Under the pieces are notes generated by a model, which saw only the letters and a list, made by a program, of their open reading frames with translations, was not told the DNA's origin and did no database searches. A program made the position numbers and the translations under genes. From Octopus sinensis (lineage: Eukaryota), in the NCBI RefSeq assembly GCF_006345805.1, contig NC_043006.1, positions 31,620,001 to 31,684,000 of the forward strand: a stretch of DNA of 64,000 nucleotides, given 5' to 3'. Of this stretch, positions 1 to 12,064 are shown one piece after another (the stretch's first letter is position 1; each line of letters starts with the position of its first letter).

Positions 1-511
1 CTCTGCCACCTACAGTGAGGTCTTGAAAATAATTGTTAAGCCTCTGATAGACAGTGTATGCAATGGAAGGCCGTATGTGTTTCAGTAAGACTCTGCACTA
101 TTACACTTGGCTCTAGGAACAAAGGAATAGATGGCTGAAAATTTTCATGATCACAAAACCCCTAACATTTGGTCTCCTAATTCCCCAGATCTCAATCCAT
201 TGGACTATTACATGTGGAGCGTAGTTGAGAGAGCGGTCAATGAACACGCACATAATACCAACGATTCCTTGAAAGCTGCCATAGTCAGAGTAATGTCCAA
301 AATGAACCACGACCACTTGATTCAAGTATGTAGATGATTTAGATCTCATACAGAAGTAGTTGTTGAAGCTGAAGGTGGCATGATTGAATAACATTACAGA
401 AAAGGGGGTTTTTTTATCCTCATAGCATTTTTTGATAAATAAAGCTATTATGTTATAATATATCTGCTTTTCATAAACATAAATATGTTCTCAAATATCT
501 TACGCACCCTG
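1..511 (+). mobile_element. 3' part of a decayed Tc1/mariner transposon, maT (DD37D) type, with right TIR
   Basis: Frame from nt 2 reads ...YVFQ*DSALLH...IWSPNSPDLNPLDYYMWSVVER...EAEGGMIE*, with 37 residues between the second and third catalytic D and in-frame stops. Ends in TATCTTACGCACCCTG followed by TA (512-513). Confidence 0.85.
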
Positions 512-513
512 TA

Positions 514-673
514 CGAGGGGCTTCTTTCAGTATCCGTCTACAAAAATTCACTCACAAGGCTTTGGTTAGCTCGAGTCTATAGTAAGAAGACATTTGCCAA
601 GGTGTCACGCAGTGGGACTGAACCCGGAACTATGTGGTTGGGAAGCAACCTTCTCGCCACACAGCCATGCCTG
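514..673 (-). mobile_element. tRNA-derived SINE family B (head and central domain)
   Basis: Minus strand GGCATGGCTGTGTGGCGAG...GGTTCAGTCCCACTGCGTGACACCTTGGCAAATGTCTTCT...GAAAGAAGCCCC; homologous to copies at 34573, 55939 and 62579. Confidence 0.85.
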
Positions 674-861
674 AACTTACATGTATATAGCAGAAGCGAC
701 AGAGTGACTCAAGGGCCGAGAGTTTCGTTCGATGGCACTTGTTAAACTTCCGAACATTATATTAATGAAAAAATAGACATATAATCATACTTCAATTTCT
801 ATTTTTCTTATCTGCATCCCCATACCTACACACACACACACACACACACATATATTGGATA

Positions 862-895
<34 letters not shown>

Positions 896-1231
896 GCACA
901 TATAGTGTATCTTGTTAATCCACAAAGATATACGACTGCTCTGATAAGCTTGGAGCCTCATCGTCCAGTCTGCTTCGTAGGCATTAATGCTCTGAAACAT
1001 AATGTAATAAAGTATTCTCTGGTGATCTGTTGTGGTTATGCAACCAATTACCCTTGGATCATCTAATGACAGTGGCCCAAATAACCACAACGGTGAAATG
1101 TGCGTAGGAACAAGTGATATAAACTTGTGTTGATTATAATTTCTCATATATACATATAGATGGAGAGATAGAAAGATAACGCACACACACGCACGAATGC
1201 ACACGAAAACACACATACACATTTACGTATC

Positions 1232-1266
<35 letters not shown>

Positions 1267-1311
1267 TATATATATATATATATATAGTATATATATATAT
1301 ATATATATATA

Positions 1312-1353
<42 letters not shown>

Positions 1354-1428
1354 TATATTATATATATATAATATATATATAAAAATTATTAAGGTGTCTA
1401 TTTGCAATTTACAACCGAAAGGCAACAA

Positions 1429-1621
1429 TATAGCTGTCACTAAAGTGACGTAGGCTGCTACTGAGAACCAGCATTGCAAGAATGAAAGTCAAAACAACTC
1501 TCAGCTACGTGAGAGCACTTTTCTAACGACTGACAAGGGAGACAAGCTCCCATCTACGACAAGTGAGATGGAGTCAGTAACACCCTTCGTAGCACCCTCC
1601 GTCACTTTAGTGACGACTATA
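1429..1621. mobile_element. MITE-like element with ~33-bp TIRs
   Basis: Left TATAGCTGTCACTAAAGTGACGTAGGCTGCTAC vs reverse complement of right TATAGTCGTCACTAAAGTGACGGAGGGTGCTAC; TA termini. Confidence 0.7.
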
Positions 1622-1676
<55 letters not shown>

Positions 1677-2004
1677 GAGTGTATTTTACCTTGTTAACAA
1701 TTAACACGGAAAAATAAATAAATAGTTACCAGGGCAGCAAAATCTCACAAGTAAAGATGTGTGTAACTCCTTGTTTTAAAGCGTTCTGTCTATCGCTATA
1801 CGAATCCATCATTTTTAGCTAAAATGTCGTATTGACGAGTTTCGTTTTTCACACTTTCCCGAAGAGAAGATTGCATTGTTTATACCTTTTATTCTTTTGA
1901 ATAAGTATCAGTGGAATTTTCGAAACATATGTAGAAAGTAAAATACTTGTTTAAAACTGCGTTAACTCCATTTTTTTATTCAATATATATATATATATAT
2001 ATAT

Positions 2005-2290
2005 ATCCCTCCTCACCTATCCTTCCCCCGACCCCTACTTCTTCAGTCCTTCATCCTTTCACCCCTACTCCCCTCCCTTCGTCCCTCTTTCTCCCTCCCT
2101 CCTTCCCTCTTCCCTCTGCTCCCTCACCCCCTTCTCTCTCTCCCTCCCCTCTTTCGCTTCCTTCCTCCCCCTCCTCCTCCCCTTCCTTCTCCCCCTCCTC
2201 TCTCTCCCCCTCCTCTTCTCCCCCCTCTCTCTTCCCCTCCCTTCTCCCCCCTCTTCTCCCCCTCTTCTCCCCCTCCCCCTCTTCTCCTCA
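2005..2290. repeat. Polypyrimidine (CT/CCT-rich) low-complexity tract
   Basis: Almost exclusively C/T on the plus strand. Confidence 0.9.
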
Positions 2291-2699
2291 CTACACCACA
2301 CGACTTTACACATCACACATCACATCATATATGATGTGCCATACTAATACATACACCAACACTATATCATAATACGTACTAATACATACTAATACATACA
2401 CACCTATACATACACCACGTCCAGACCCCTCATACGCACTTATACTCTCTCATACACACACACACACTTATACATACTAATACGTACTAATACATACTAA
2501 TACATACTAATACATACACCAACCCCATACATACGCCTGTCCAGACCTATCCAGGGTCATTCAACCCTATTATCAACCCTATTATCTCCCCTTATTTCGC
2601 TCTCGCGTCTCATGTTTGATCTTTGACCTCTGGCCGAATCAGATCGCCATGTTGATTCGTTAGTTACTGCACGCATTTCTTTTCTCTCTCTTCTTTCTG

Positions 2700-2845
2700 T
2701 GTTTTTTTCTCTCTGTGTATCTTTCTGTTGAAGAGCGTAGGCTCGAAACGTTAAAGACTTGTTTTATTGTATTTCCTGAGCGCCATACTAATACAATTGT
2801 TTGTTTGTTTTCCACCTGCCTTCGTCTTTTGTCTATTTTCATTAA
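2700..2845 (+). mobile_element. Penelope-like terminal repeat remnant with degenerate minimal hammerhead (2720-2757)
   Basis: TCTTT CTGTTGA A GAGC gtag GCTC GAA ACGT T AAAGA: stems I and II pair, palindromic stem III, core A6 mutated. Confidence 0.6.
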
Positions 2846-2870
2846 GCTTCCCGTTATAATATATATATAT

Positions 2871-2915
<45 letters not shown>

Positions 2916-3442
2916 TCCAGTGTCTCTACTGACGAGCCACGGATGGTTAATTCAATTAATTAATTAATCAATTGATTTATTTGATCATTAATGGTAAAAC
3001 TCCGGGGTATAGAGTTAACTGAAATTCTTAATTTTTTAGGTGTCCTGCTCGCTTACAATCAATGTGCCATAAATAAGAATGTTTTTTCGTGATTTGGGAT
3101 CTGACTGTCCTCTTTAGCATGTAAGAAGTCCGCATAGGATCTTCTCTCCGTGTATAAGTTTTTATACACTCATGTATATTATGAAAATATTTATATCTTC
3201 TGACTTTTTTTGCGCATGCTAACCACTGATATAGTTTATTATTTTTAATAATTTTTACCCTTGTACAGATGGCTAGATGCAATATATAACCAAAAACGAA
3301 AAATTCGATTGTCATTAATAGTGACTGAGGGCACAGAATAGCACCTTCATTGCTATAAATAAGAGTCAAACACCATTATCGCCACAATAAGCATGTTGTT
3401 TATGTACTGACAGGAGAAATAAGAGCTCCACAACGAGCGAGG

Positions 3443-3494
3443 TCACCATACTAGTAAACTAGTTTCGCTTGGAATTAAAGCTCATCAATAGTGA
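3443..3494 (-). ncRNA. Type I hammerhead ribozyme fold (C3U core variant)
   Basis: Minus strand UCACUA UUGAUGA GCUU uaauucc AAGC GAA ACUAGU uu ACUAGU A UGGUGA; all three stems pair; GUA cleavage triplet. Confidence 0.75.
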
Positions 3495-3599
3495 TCACTC
3501 CATTGCTGATCGTTAAGCTAAATCCTACCTGTCAATATATTCAGCTCTCCTGTTTTTAAAAAATCATTTTCCTCCCTTTTTAACACTTCCGTCTTTTTA

Positions 3600-3800
3600 G
3601 TATGTGACCTCGTGAAGACTACCTGCAATTTTTTTTCCTCTGTCCTCCCGTCTCGGGATCTTTCTTTCTCCTATGTTTCCGACGAAGAGCTCCGCTCGAA
3701 ACGTCATACCCTCCTTCTTCCATTTTCCTGAGCGCCTAATAATAATAATACTGTAATTGTTCCACGTGTTGTTGTTTTTTCTGTTTTCCCGTTGGATTAA
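3600..3800 (+). mobile_element. Penelope-like terminal repeat remnant with degenerate minimal hammerhead (3675-3709)
   Basis: GTTT CCGACGA A GAGC tcc GCTC GAA ACGT C ATAC; same family as 2700 and 57440. Confidence 0.6.
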
Positions 3801-4487
3801 CCTTATATATATATATATATATATATAATATTATATATATATATTATATATATATATATATATGTATGTTATGTATTATGTATGTATGTATGTATGTATG
3901 TATGTATGTATGTATGTTTTATGTATAGGTAATGAGATGAAAGATTCTTTCTATTTATTGGATTCATTTGACGACTTCCCTTTTGGATTATTGTGAACTG
4001 TTATCTCATCAGCTTGGGCACAGAATTACACTATTATATATATATATATACATGTTTTTGTATGTAATGTATTCGCATGCTTATAATGGCTTGTATATGC
4101 CCTCTGTGTTTAGATATGTGTCGGGTTTGATGAGGAGTATTATCAATACCTTGGAATTTATCTCTTTCAAATTAATACTTATATATATATATATATAAAT
4201 TAAAAATTCCAGTTAACTCTTACCCACAACAATAACAATAATAACGACAACCAATTACCTCCCTTTATTTATCTACTTGTGAAGTCATTCACTCGTGAAT
4301 TTCATCACACACAACATGGACACAATTTCTTCTTAAGAAAAAATATATATTCAAATAAGTAAAACATAATATCATGAATAGCGATAAGCGAAACCGGTCG
4401 ATGTAGTAAAAATTATATTAAAACTATGTAAGTGTACGTATTTTCCTTTTTTAATTTCTCATATATATATATATACATATATATATA

Positions 4488-4748
4488 TAGGGTGTTCAAA
4501 ACGTCTCTCTGCAGTGAATTTTTTTTCATCTCGACTCTCCAAGAGTCACACTCTCCATGATTATTTCAAAACATGTGTAGAAGAGTCAACTTATGTATTG
4601 CAAATAAAGAACGAAACTTTCAACATCTTTTATAAAGTTTTTTAAAGTCTTGTAAAGTCTAATATATCTTTTTGTAGTCTTATACCATCTTAGAAATATT
4701 TATTTTGCAATAAAATACTTACTGCGGAGAGACTTTTTAAACACCCTG
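4488..4748. mobile_element. Tc1/mariner-type MITE, ~28-bp TIRs
   Basis: TAGGGTGTTCAAAACGTCTCTCTGCAGT ... ACTGCGGAGAGACTTTTTAAACACCCTG; the left end lies in a TA run. Confidence 0.8.
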
Positions 4749-4750
4749 TG

Positions 4751-4788
<38 letters not shown>

Positions 4789-5492
4789 GTATATATATGT
4801 GTAATGTGTGAGTGTGTATGTGTTTACACTTTTCATATTTTAAACTTGTTAATTATTTCTATTGTGCAATTACGGTTGTACTTTTTATATTCGCTTCCGG
4901 TGGGCGTTTTGAAACGATTAATAATTGTTTTGTTGAATTCTGCCAACCTTATAGCTTTGTTTTAGTGGAAGAATTTCAACAGAACTTTTTGAAGTCAGAA
5001 TGTGTTTATTATGATTATTTACTGTGTGTTTGTGGTAACTCGTGGCTCTTATTTCCTTATTGTTAGATTTGAAATCTCGCATGTTAGCTATATTATGGGC
5101 AGAGATAATGGCGTCGTTTCCAATTTTCTGTGTTTTGTTTATTGTTTTGTGACTCGTAGATTATTTAAGATTTTGGTGTTTGGTCAAAAAAACAAAACAG
5201 AAAAACAAAGAAATATATCTGAATGGAAATATAATGAAATCAGGTCTTAAGTTCAGAAAGTAACTGTACCATTTGTGTACAGATACAAATAAAACGAAAT
5301 GTAGAATCACTTCTGTACGAACGGACAAATGGCTATAAAAGAATTAGTTCAGATATCAAATGAAATACTTAAAGATGACTAAAATAAAATGAAACAAATA
5401 ATGACAAACTAAAGACAAAAGAACTGCACCACCTAAAGACTTATAAACATTTCACTATTGAAAATTTGTCAATAGAATTGTATGAAGAAAAG

Positions 5493-5864
5493 AAACAAGA
5501 GCACTCAGAAAGCGCAAATCTCCGTCAAGGCAATACCAACATCCTCTCAACGATTAACCAGAGAGGATTTTTTGAAAAGTGAATATCTGAAATAAACTCG
5601 ACTGCTCTCACAAATGAGAATACTAAAAATGAACTCGACCGCTTTGAAAAATTAAGTAAAAAAGAAAAAATACGGAAAAATAATCCAGAATCCTTGTCCG
5701 GTACCGGATCGATCCCAAAATCTAGTCAGTTCGTACCAGTCACGTGGTCAAATATCTCCGAAAGCTTCATCCGAACCCAACCAGCAGTTCTTGAGATATC
5801 TTGTCCACGGACAAACAAATAAACACGACTGAAAACAATACCTCTGCCTTCGCTAAGGCGGAAG
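5493..5864 (-). mobile_element. Non-autonomous Helentron-type (HINE-like) element
   Basis: Asymmetric subterminal inverted repeats (CTCCGTCAAGG ~5520 and CTAAGGCGGAAG ~5853) plus a terminal stem-loop GCACTCAGAAAGCGC; no coding capacity. Confidence 0.55.
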
Positions 5865-6187
5865 CCATAAAGGCAAACTAAAGACAAAAGACCTCGCCAT
5901 CTGAAGACTTATAAAAATCTCACTATTGAAAATTTGTCAATAGAATTGTATGAAGAAATAAGCGACTGGATAATTTATCTCAAAATATTGTGCCATAGTA
6001 TCAAGTTTTCAAGTTTGTGGACTAAGTCACGCTGATCCAGAACAGCGTCTGAATTCGAGCCCCTAACCCCTTTCATCAGCAGACAAACATTTAAAGGACT
6101 AATAAAATAGAAGTGCCAATTGTAATATATATCTTATACGTAATTTCGCAGAAGCATACTTAATCAGAGTTTGTGTGTGTGTGTGTT

Positions 6188-6241
<54 letters not shown>

Positions 6242-6368
6242 CGTGTGTATGTTTACGTGTGCGCACATATACATAAGTACATATGTTCATTATATTATGA
6301 GTATTTGATTTGAACTTACATACAGACATTTAAATACGCACAAACAGACACACACACGCACACACACG

Positions 6369-6407
<39 letters not shown>

Positions 6408-6422
6408 ACCACACACACACAC

Positions 6423-6463
<41 letters not shown>

Positions 6464-6480
6464 CATATATATATAATACT

Positions 6481-6534
<54 letters not shown>

Positions 6535-6728
6535 ATTATATATATATATATATCTAATAATCTATATATACACATTTATACTAACACATTCCTACATAAT
6601 ACATTGCATAAAAATCAAGTACAAGCCAACTATATTCTGCTATAACTAATGATACAAACGCAAAAACCGTAATCATAAATTAGTTAACTGCTTAATTAAT
6701 TAAGTTAATTAAAGTCATGATGCTATAA

Positions 6729-6757
6729 ATGACGACGACGACGACGACGAGGACAAC

Positions 6758-6818
<61 letters not shown>
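6729..6818 (+). repeat. (GAC)n/(GAT)n microsatellite, probable tail of the adjacent Tx1 fragment
   Basis: Long GAT run abutting the AATAAAGAAAC end of the minus-strand element. Confidence 0.9.
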
Positions 6819-6819
<1 letters not shown>

Positions 6820-6820
<1 letters not shown>

Positions 6821-7830
6821 TAATTGTTTCTTTATTATAAATAAAGATAATTGTTTCTTTATTAACCAGACGGGATTGTCACAAGGAGAAACATACATTA
6901 GTACCAGAGGAAAAAGAAACCAACGCGTTTGTACGTGTTGACGGATGCTCAACAAAACACTGACGCGACAAGGAAATTTATACAATAAATAATTCCTCGA
7001 AAGCTGGAAACCTTCGAAGGGTTTTTCTTGGAAATCCTACACAACCATGTTCATCCTGATCACTAGAGCAAGTTCCATTTTTCTATGTTCCTCCCTCATT
7101 CTACAAATACATCCTAAGAACAGGTCTGTTCTCTCGGATCATTCCTACCACGTTCACCCACCTTTCAACAAATTTGCAGAAGCATCACTTGTCTCTCCAC
7201 CCTCAATTTCCTTTTTAAGTGTAAAAGTTGAGGGCTTAGTGAAAGGGTTAAATTGCTGCCTTCAACCCTTTCACTTTTGTGAACCACACAACCTTTATCA
7301 CACAGATAACAACTGCTTGTCCTTTCCGGCCAAAGGAAGGTGACGAGACGATTTTCACAATGGACTTAGCCGATAGCTGGATCCGTCCTACATGCGACAC
7401 CCGGCGTTCGATACAGTTCCACAAAACAACAATATTCGGGTACAGGACGAATGCGGGGTGCAGAACAGTTTGCTCGTCCTGCGCACATTTTGAGCAGGCT
7501 CAGCTGACGGCACTCCCATAACTGTAGCGTTTATCTTGAACCAGCAATGTCCCACGGTAGCACTGCCAGGGCATTTCCGGATATTATGCCTAGACCTCGA
7601 GCCGAAAGTTCTCGGGGGGACTCTGGGTGTCGACGAGAATCAACTGGCCTGTTGATTCTCGTCGACATCAAGAGTCTCCCTGAGAACGTTGTAGCTCTTG
7701 TTCACCACCAACCCTCTATAGAACACCAAAGTGGAACTTCAACCAACCTCATTTGCCAACAGGTAAAGGGCTGTGAGCGCTTCATAGTACTCCCGGTGCG
7801 GGTGGACTGCAACTCAGAAAAAGTTTGAAA
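6820..7830 (-). mobile_element. 5'-truncated L1/Tx1-clade non-LTR retrotransposon (ORF2 C-terminus and 3' UTR)
   Basis: Frameshifted minus-strand translation gives WQCYRGTLLVQDKRYSYGSAVS*ACSKCAQDEQTVLH (zf-RVT-like CxxC..H), then IQLSAKSIVKIVSSPSFGRKG and LKRKLRVERQ...KFVERWVNVVGMIR; the 3' UTR ends AATAAAGAAAC. Confidence 0.75.
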
Positions 7831-8204
7831 AATAAGTTACAAAATATCCACCAGTAAGATTTCAGAATTATCTAATAGAAATATCAAGGAAATATTAGAA
7901 ATAACTAGAAATATTCATATAGCAAAAACAGTTTTCTGTCTTCAGGGAGGCGAATAAAAATAAAGCAGAAGCTGAGATAAGAGACAGCTGTGAGGGAAAA
8001 GACGGTGTAGCAATAATAGAACATGATAAAAGACTGCATTAAAAATTGAATGTAATATTAATAGTTTGGCAAGAGAATGCCTTATATGGTCAATAGCCAT
8101 GACCGTGGACAAGACAGAGGTGGATTAAAAATGTCTGCTTTGGAAGAGGAACCGAGAATGAAAACCTATCCACTAGAAACTAGAAACGAGGAGAGCCACT
8201 GCAG

Positions 8205-8440
8205 CAGTGGTTCTTAACCATTTTCCCCCTTTGGACCCCTCTGATACCTAACGTATTCGGATGGACCCTCGTAGCTGTTCTATCTTTAAGAAATCCTGTT
8301 AGATTTCTATAACTAAACATTATTAGGAATTGTATAAAAAATAATTCTCAAAATATTTAGTGTTTTGTAAAAATAAAACCATTTTATTGCAGATAAATTT
8401 TAACAACAAAATCTTATAGGGATCCCCAAAGGCCATATAG
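8205..8440. mobile_element. hAT-type MITE, partial
   Basis: Starts CAGTGGTTCTTAACC; internally similar to 29347-29608; right TIR not found. Confidence 0.6.
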
Positions 8441-8694
8441 ATCCCTATGCACTACAAGATCCTTCAGGCTGCGAGAAATGGTCAAAATATGTTTCAAACA
8501 CAAAAATAGTAGGGGCATCTTGTTTCGATAATATTGCTGGTTAGTATACAATAACCGTGCGACTACTACTACAATAAAATAAGAACATATATATATATAC
8601 ATTATATATATACATATATATATATATATATGTGATGTATGTATGTATGTATTTATGTATGTATATATATATATGTATGTATATATATATATAG

Positions 8695-8730
<36 letters not shown>

Positions 8731-8915
8731 ATATAATAATATATATATTATATAATATATAATATATATATATATATATTATATATATATAATATATATA
8801 TATGTTAAAATCTTTATAAGAATTTATCAAGTAGTCAGCGAAATTTTTCCTATATCTACGTGTGTGTGTGTTTGTGTATGTATTATGTAGGTAGTAGGTA
8901 GGCAGGCAGACAGAC

Positions 8916-8918
8916 AGG

Positions 8919-9004
<86 letters not shown>
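8916..9004 (+). repeat. (AGAT)n microsatellite
   Basis: Direct inspection. Confidence 0.95.
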
Positions 9005-9005
<1 letters not shown>

Positions 9006-9049
9006 TATTCATAACTATATTTGCTCGTTCCAACACTAATACACAGCTT

Positions 9050-9350
9050 CGTACATGACTAATTTTATAGAATTAGAGACAATCAGCTCATAATACAGAA
9101 GCTATATTTCTTCACATTTGTAAACTTCGATTACCAGATATTGGTGTAACCATGATGTTCTAGTGATCTGAAGAGTTAGCCTTTTATATCTGCATTGATT
9201 TGTAAATGTATAATTGTACTGCATAATGTATAGTATGCATATTGGTGCAGGCATGTAAGCATAATTTATTATAGACTGTAATTATCATTACATGATGAAA
9301 GCTGCGAAACGGCCGTAATCCTAAGCATTACAAGTGGTTGAATAAATATA
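9050..9350 (+). mobile_element. Probable Penelope-like 3' end with degenerate hammerhead (9287-9319)
   Basis: ATTAC ATGATGA aagctgc GAAAC GGCC GTAAT: stem I pairs, core C3 and U16.1 altered; AATAAA downstream. Confidence 0.45.
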
Positions 9351-9962
9351 TCTACTTCGCAAACTTTCTGACGATTTATGGTTTATATGCCCCTCATGAA
9401 ATAATATCATCGATTGGATCTCAGCTGCATAGAACTGTGCATTATAGGTCTTCCGTATTGGATTACCATGTTGTATGATAGCCGGATCCACAGGAGGAGC
9501 TTTCTCCCGTTGCCTCAGGTTTCTATGAATCCAACATTGCACTACAAATTTGTATGTATGTATGTATGTATGTATGTATGTATGTATGTATGTATGTATG
9601 TATGTATGTATGTATGTATGTATGTATGTATGTATATATATGTGTGTGTGTGTATGTATGTATGTATGTATACATCAACTGAGACACACAGATATACATA
9701 CCTATAATATATATAGATTATATATATATATATATATATATTATATAACACAGAGACACACAGATATACATACATATTTATATATATATGTGTGTGTGTG
9801 TGTGTGTTTGTGTGAGAGAGCAGATATTCAAACACACACATATTTACACAGACACATCATATACATATATACGTTTGTAAATATGATTTCGAGTCTGTCG
9901 GGGAAGGTGAGGATATATATATATATGTGTGGTGTGGGTGTGTGTGTATGTATACAAACACA

Positions 9963-9993
<31 letters not shown>

Positions 9994-10456
9994 GAATTTA
10001 TACATAAAAGCAAACAGCATAGGATGATAGATGGTTTTTTTCCCAACAGATCGTTACTAGACCTTACCACACAAGTTGCAGACACTCTCAACATCTTTGG
10101 CTGAGACAAGAAACGCTTAACTAACAAATTCCTGGCTTCTCTAAAGACTGGTTCAACGCCAAAATGTAGAAGCAAATCTCTGGAACCAACCGAAATATAA
10201 TTGATTTCTCTCGCTTCACTGAATTTCTATCAGTCGTTTTGTTTGTTTTATCTGTCTGGCCGCCATTTTCTTTTCATATCTTCATCTTTCTTTTTTTCTT
10301 TCTTCTCGAATGATGAGGCGTTATCTGTCTGTGCGTCTCAACGTCTTCCCTTTTCATTCTTTCACTTCTTATTTTCCTCTTTTCCTTCCCATACAACATT
10401 TTTTCCCTTCATTTTTTTATCTTCTTTCTTTCCTTATCTCTCTCTCTCCCCATCTC

Positions 10457-10494
<38 letters not shown>

Positions 10495-10643
10495 TATATA
10501 TATCTGTATCTTTAGTGCTCTGTCTTCTAAACTTGGTCGCATGTTCATAGTTTCTACCCATCTATCTATCTATCATATCTATCTATCTATCTATCTATTA
10601 ATCTATCTATCTATCTATTATCACTATCTATCTATCTATTACT

Positions 10644-10708
<65 letters not shown>

Positions 10709-10735
10709 TTATATATCAAACTATCTATCTATCTT

Positions 10736-10884
10736 ATTTCTTTATTGCCCACAAGGGGCTAAACATAGAGGGGACAAGCAAAGACAGACAAATTTATCGA
10801 CCCCGAAAGGATGAAAGGCAAAGTCGACCTCGGCGGAATTTGAACTCAGAACGTAACGGCAGACGAAATACCGCTAAGCATTTC
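10736..10884 (-). mobile_element. SINE family A with L1/Tx1-like tail, internally deleted and lacking its 5' head
   Basis: Minus strand GCTTAGCGGTATTTCGTCTGCCGTTACGTTCTGAGTTCAAATTCCGCCGAGGTCGAC...GTCCCCTCTATGTTTAGCCCCTTGTGGGCAATAAAGAAAT. Confidence 0.85.
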
Positions 10885-10935
10885 TTTATTAGCCGCACAG
10901 GACCGAACACAGAGGGCACAAAATACAATGCAGAG
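10880..10935 (-). mobile_element. Isolated L1/Tx1-type 3' tail fused into a SINE A head
   Basis: Minus strand TGTGCCCTCTGTGTTCGGTCCTGTGCGGCTAATAAAGAAAT joined to GCTTAGCGG of the SINE. Confidence 0.55.
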
Positions 10936-11014
10936 CTTTTCTTTTTGAAAAAATAAGAGAAAAATGAAATTTCGATCAAAAGGGATCGGAGGGAAAAGAT
11001 AGATAGATAGATAA

Positions 11015-11045
<31 letters not shown>

Positions 11046-11068
11046 CATACATACATACATACATACAT

Positions 11069-11101
<33 letters not shown>

Positions 11102-11630
11102 TACATACATACATACATACATACATACATACATACATACATACATACATACATACATACATACATACATACATTATGTACATGTATACGACGTTTCCAC
11201 TTTTACATTTAGCCCTTTATTTTTATTCTTATTCAATTACCTCTTCCCGTTTGCATTACTGCATGCTTATAATTATCAGACATAATTTTAGAGATGAAAA
11301 TTCTATTTCTAACACGTTTCAGAAACAACGACTTTTTTCGTACTAATTCATTCTGTAGTTTACCCCCACCGCTTTTTCACTCAAGAATTCGGCCCTTTTC
11401 TCTTTCTTTCTTTTAATCTTGATTTCTTTCCTTCTTTCTTTCTTCCTTTATTTATTTAGTTATCTGTCTATCTATTTATTTACTGTTCGTGTCGCGAGTG
11501 AAATAGGTAGACCAAGAGTATGTACAATTTTGTGTATGTATGTACATACATAAATACATGCATATATATATATGCTATAATATATATATATATATATATT
11601 AGATATATATAGATCATATATATATAAATA

Positions 11631-11698
<68 letters not shown>

Positions 11699-11740
11699 TA
11701 TATATATATATCTATATATATCATCTATATACAATATAAA

Positions 11741-12064
11741 GGGGTAAAGACCCCTCGGTCATGAATGACCATGGGATTGCACCTAGAAAGTTACCCTCCT
11801 AGACACAAGTCGGGCAAGGTCGTTTATGGAAGACCAGCAGTCGCCCATGCATACCGGCCTCCCTCTCTCCACGCACCGTGGTATCCAAGGGAAGACAAGG
11901 CCGATACAGCTTGGCACCTGTGACGTTCGCAACTCATTTCTACAGTTGAGTGAACTGGAGCAACGTGAAATAAAGTGCCTTGCTCAAGAACACAAACGCA
12001 CCCCGGTCCGGGATTCGAGCTCACAACCTCACGATCGTACTCGACGCTCTAACCACTGAGCCAT
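11741..12064 (-). mobile_element. Near full-length tRNA-derived SINE with CORE-like central domain
   Basis: A box TGGCTCAGTGGTTAGAG, B-box-like GAGCTCGAATCCC, then GTTCTTGAGCAAGGCACTTTATTTCACGTTGCTCCAGTTCACTCAACTG resembling the MIR CORE. Confidence 0.8.

Noticed and set aside
2340-2520. CATACTAATA 10-mer repeats with irregular spacers
   Set aside because: Degenerate minisatellite; not CRISPR-like (eukaryotic context, short repeat, no unique spacers or cas genes).
11990-12064. tRNA-like A/B boxes here and in other SINE heads
   Set aside because: They continue into SINE bodies and do not form full cloverleaves, so they are not tRNA genes.
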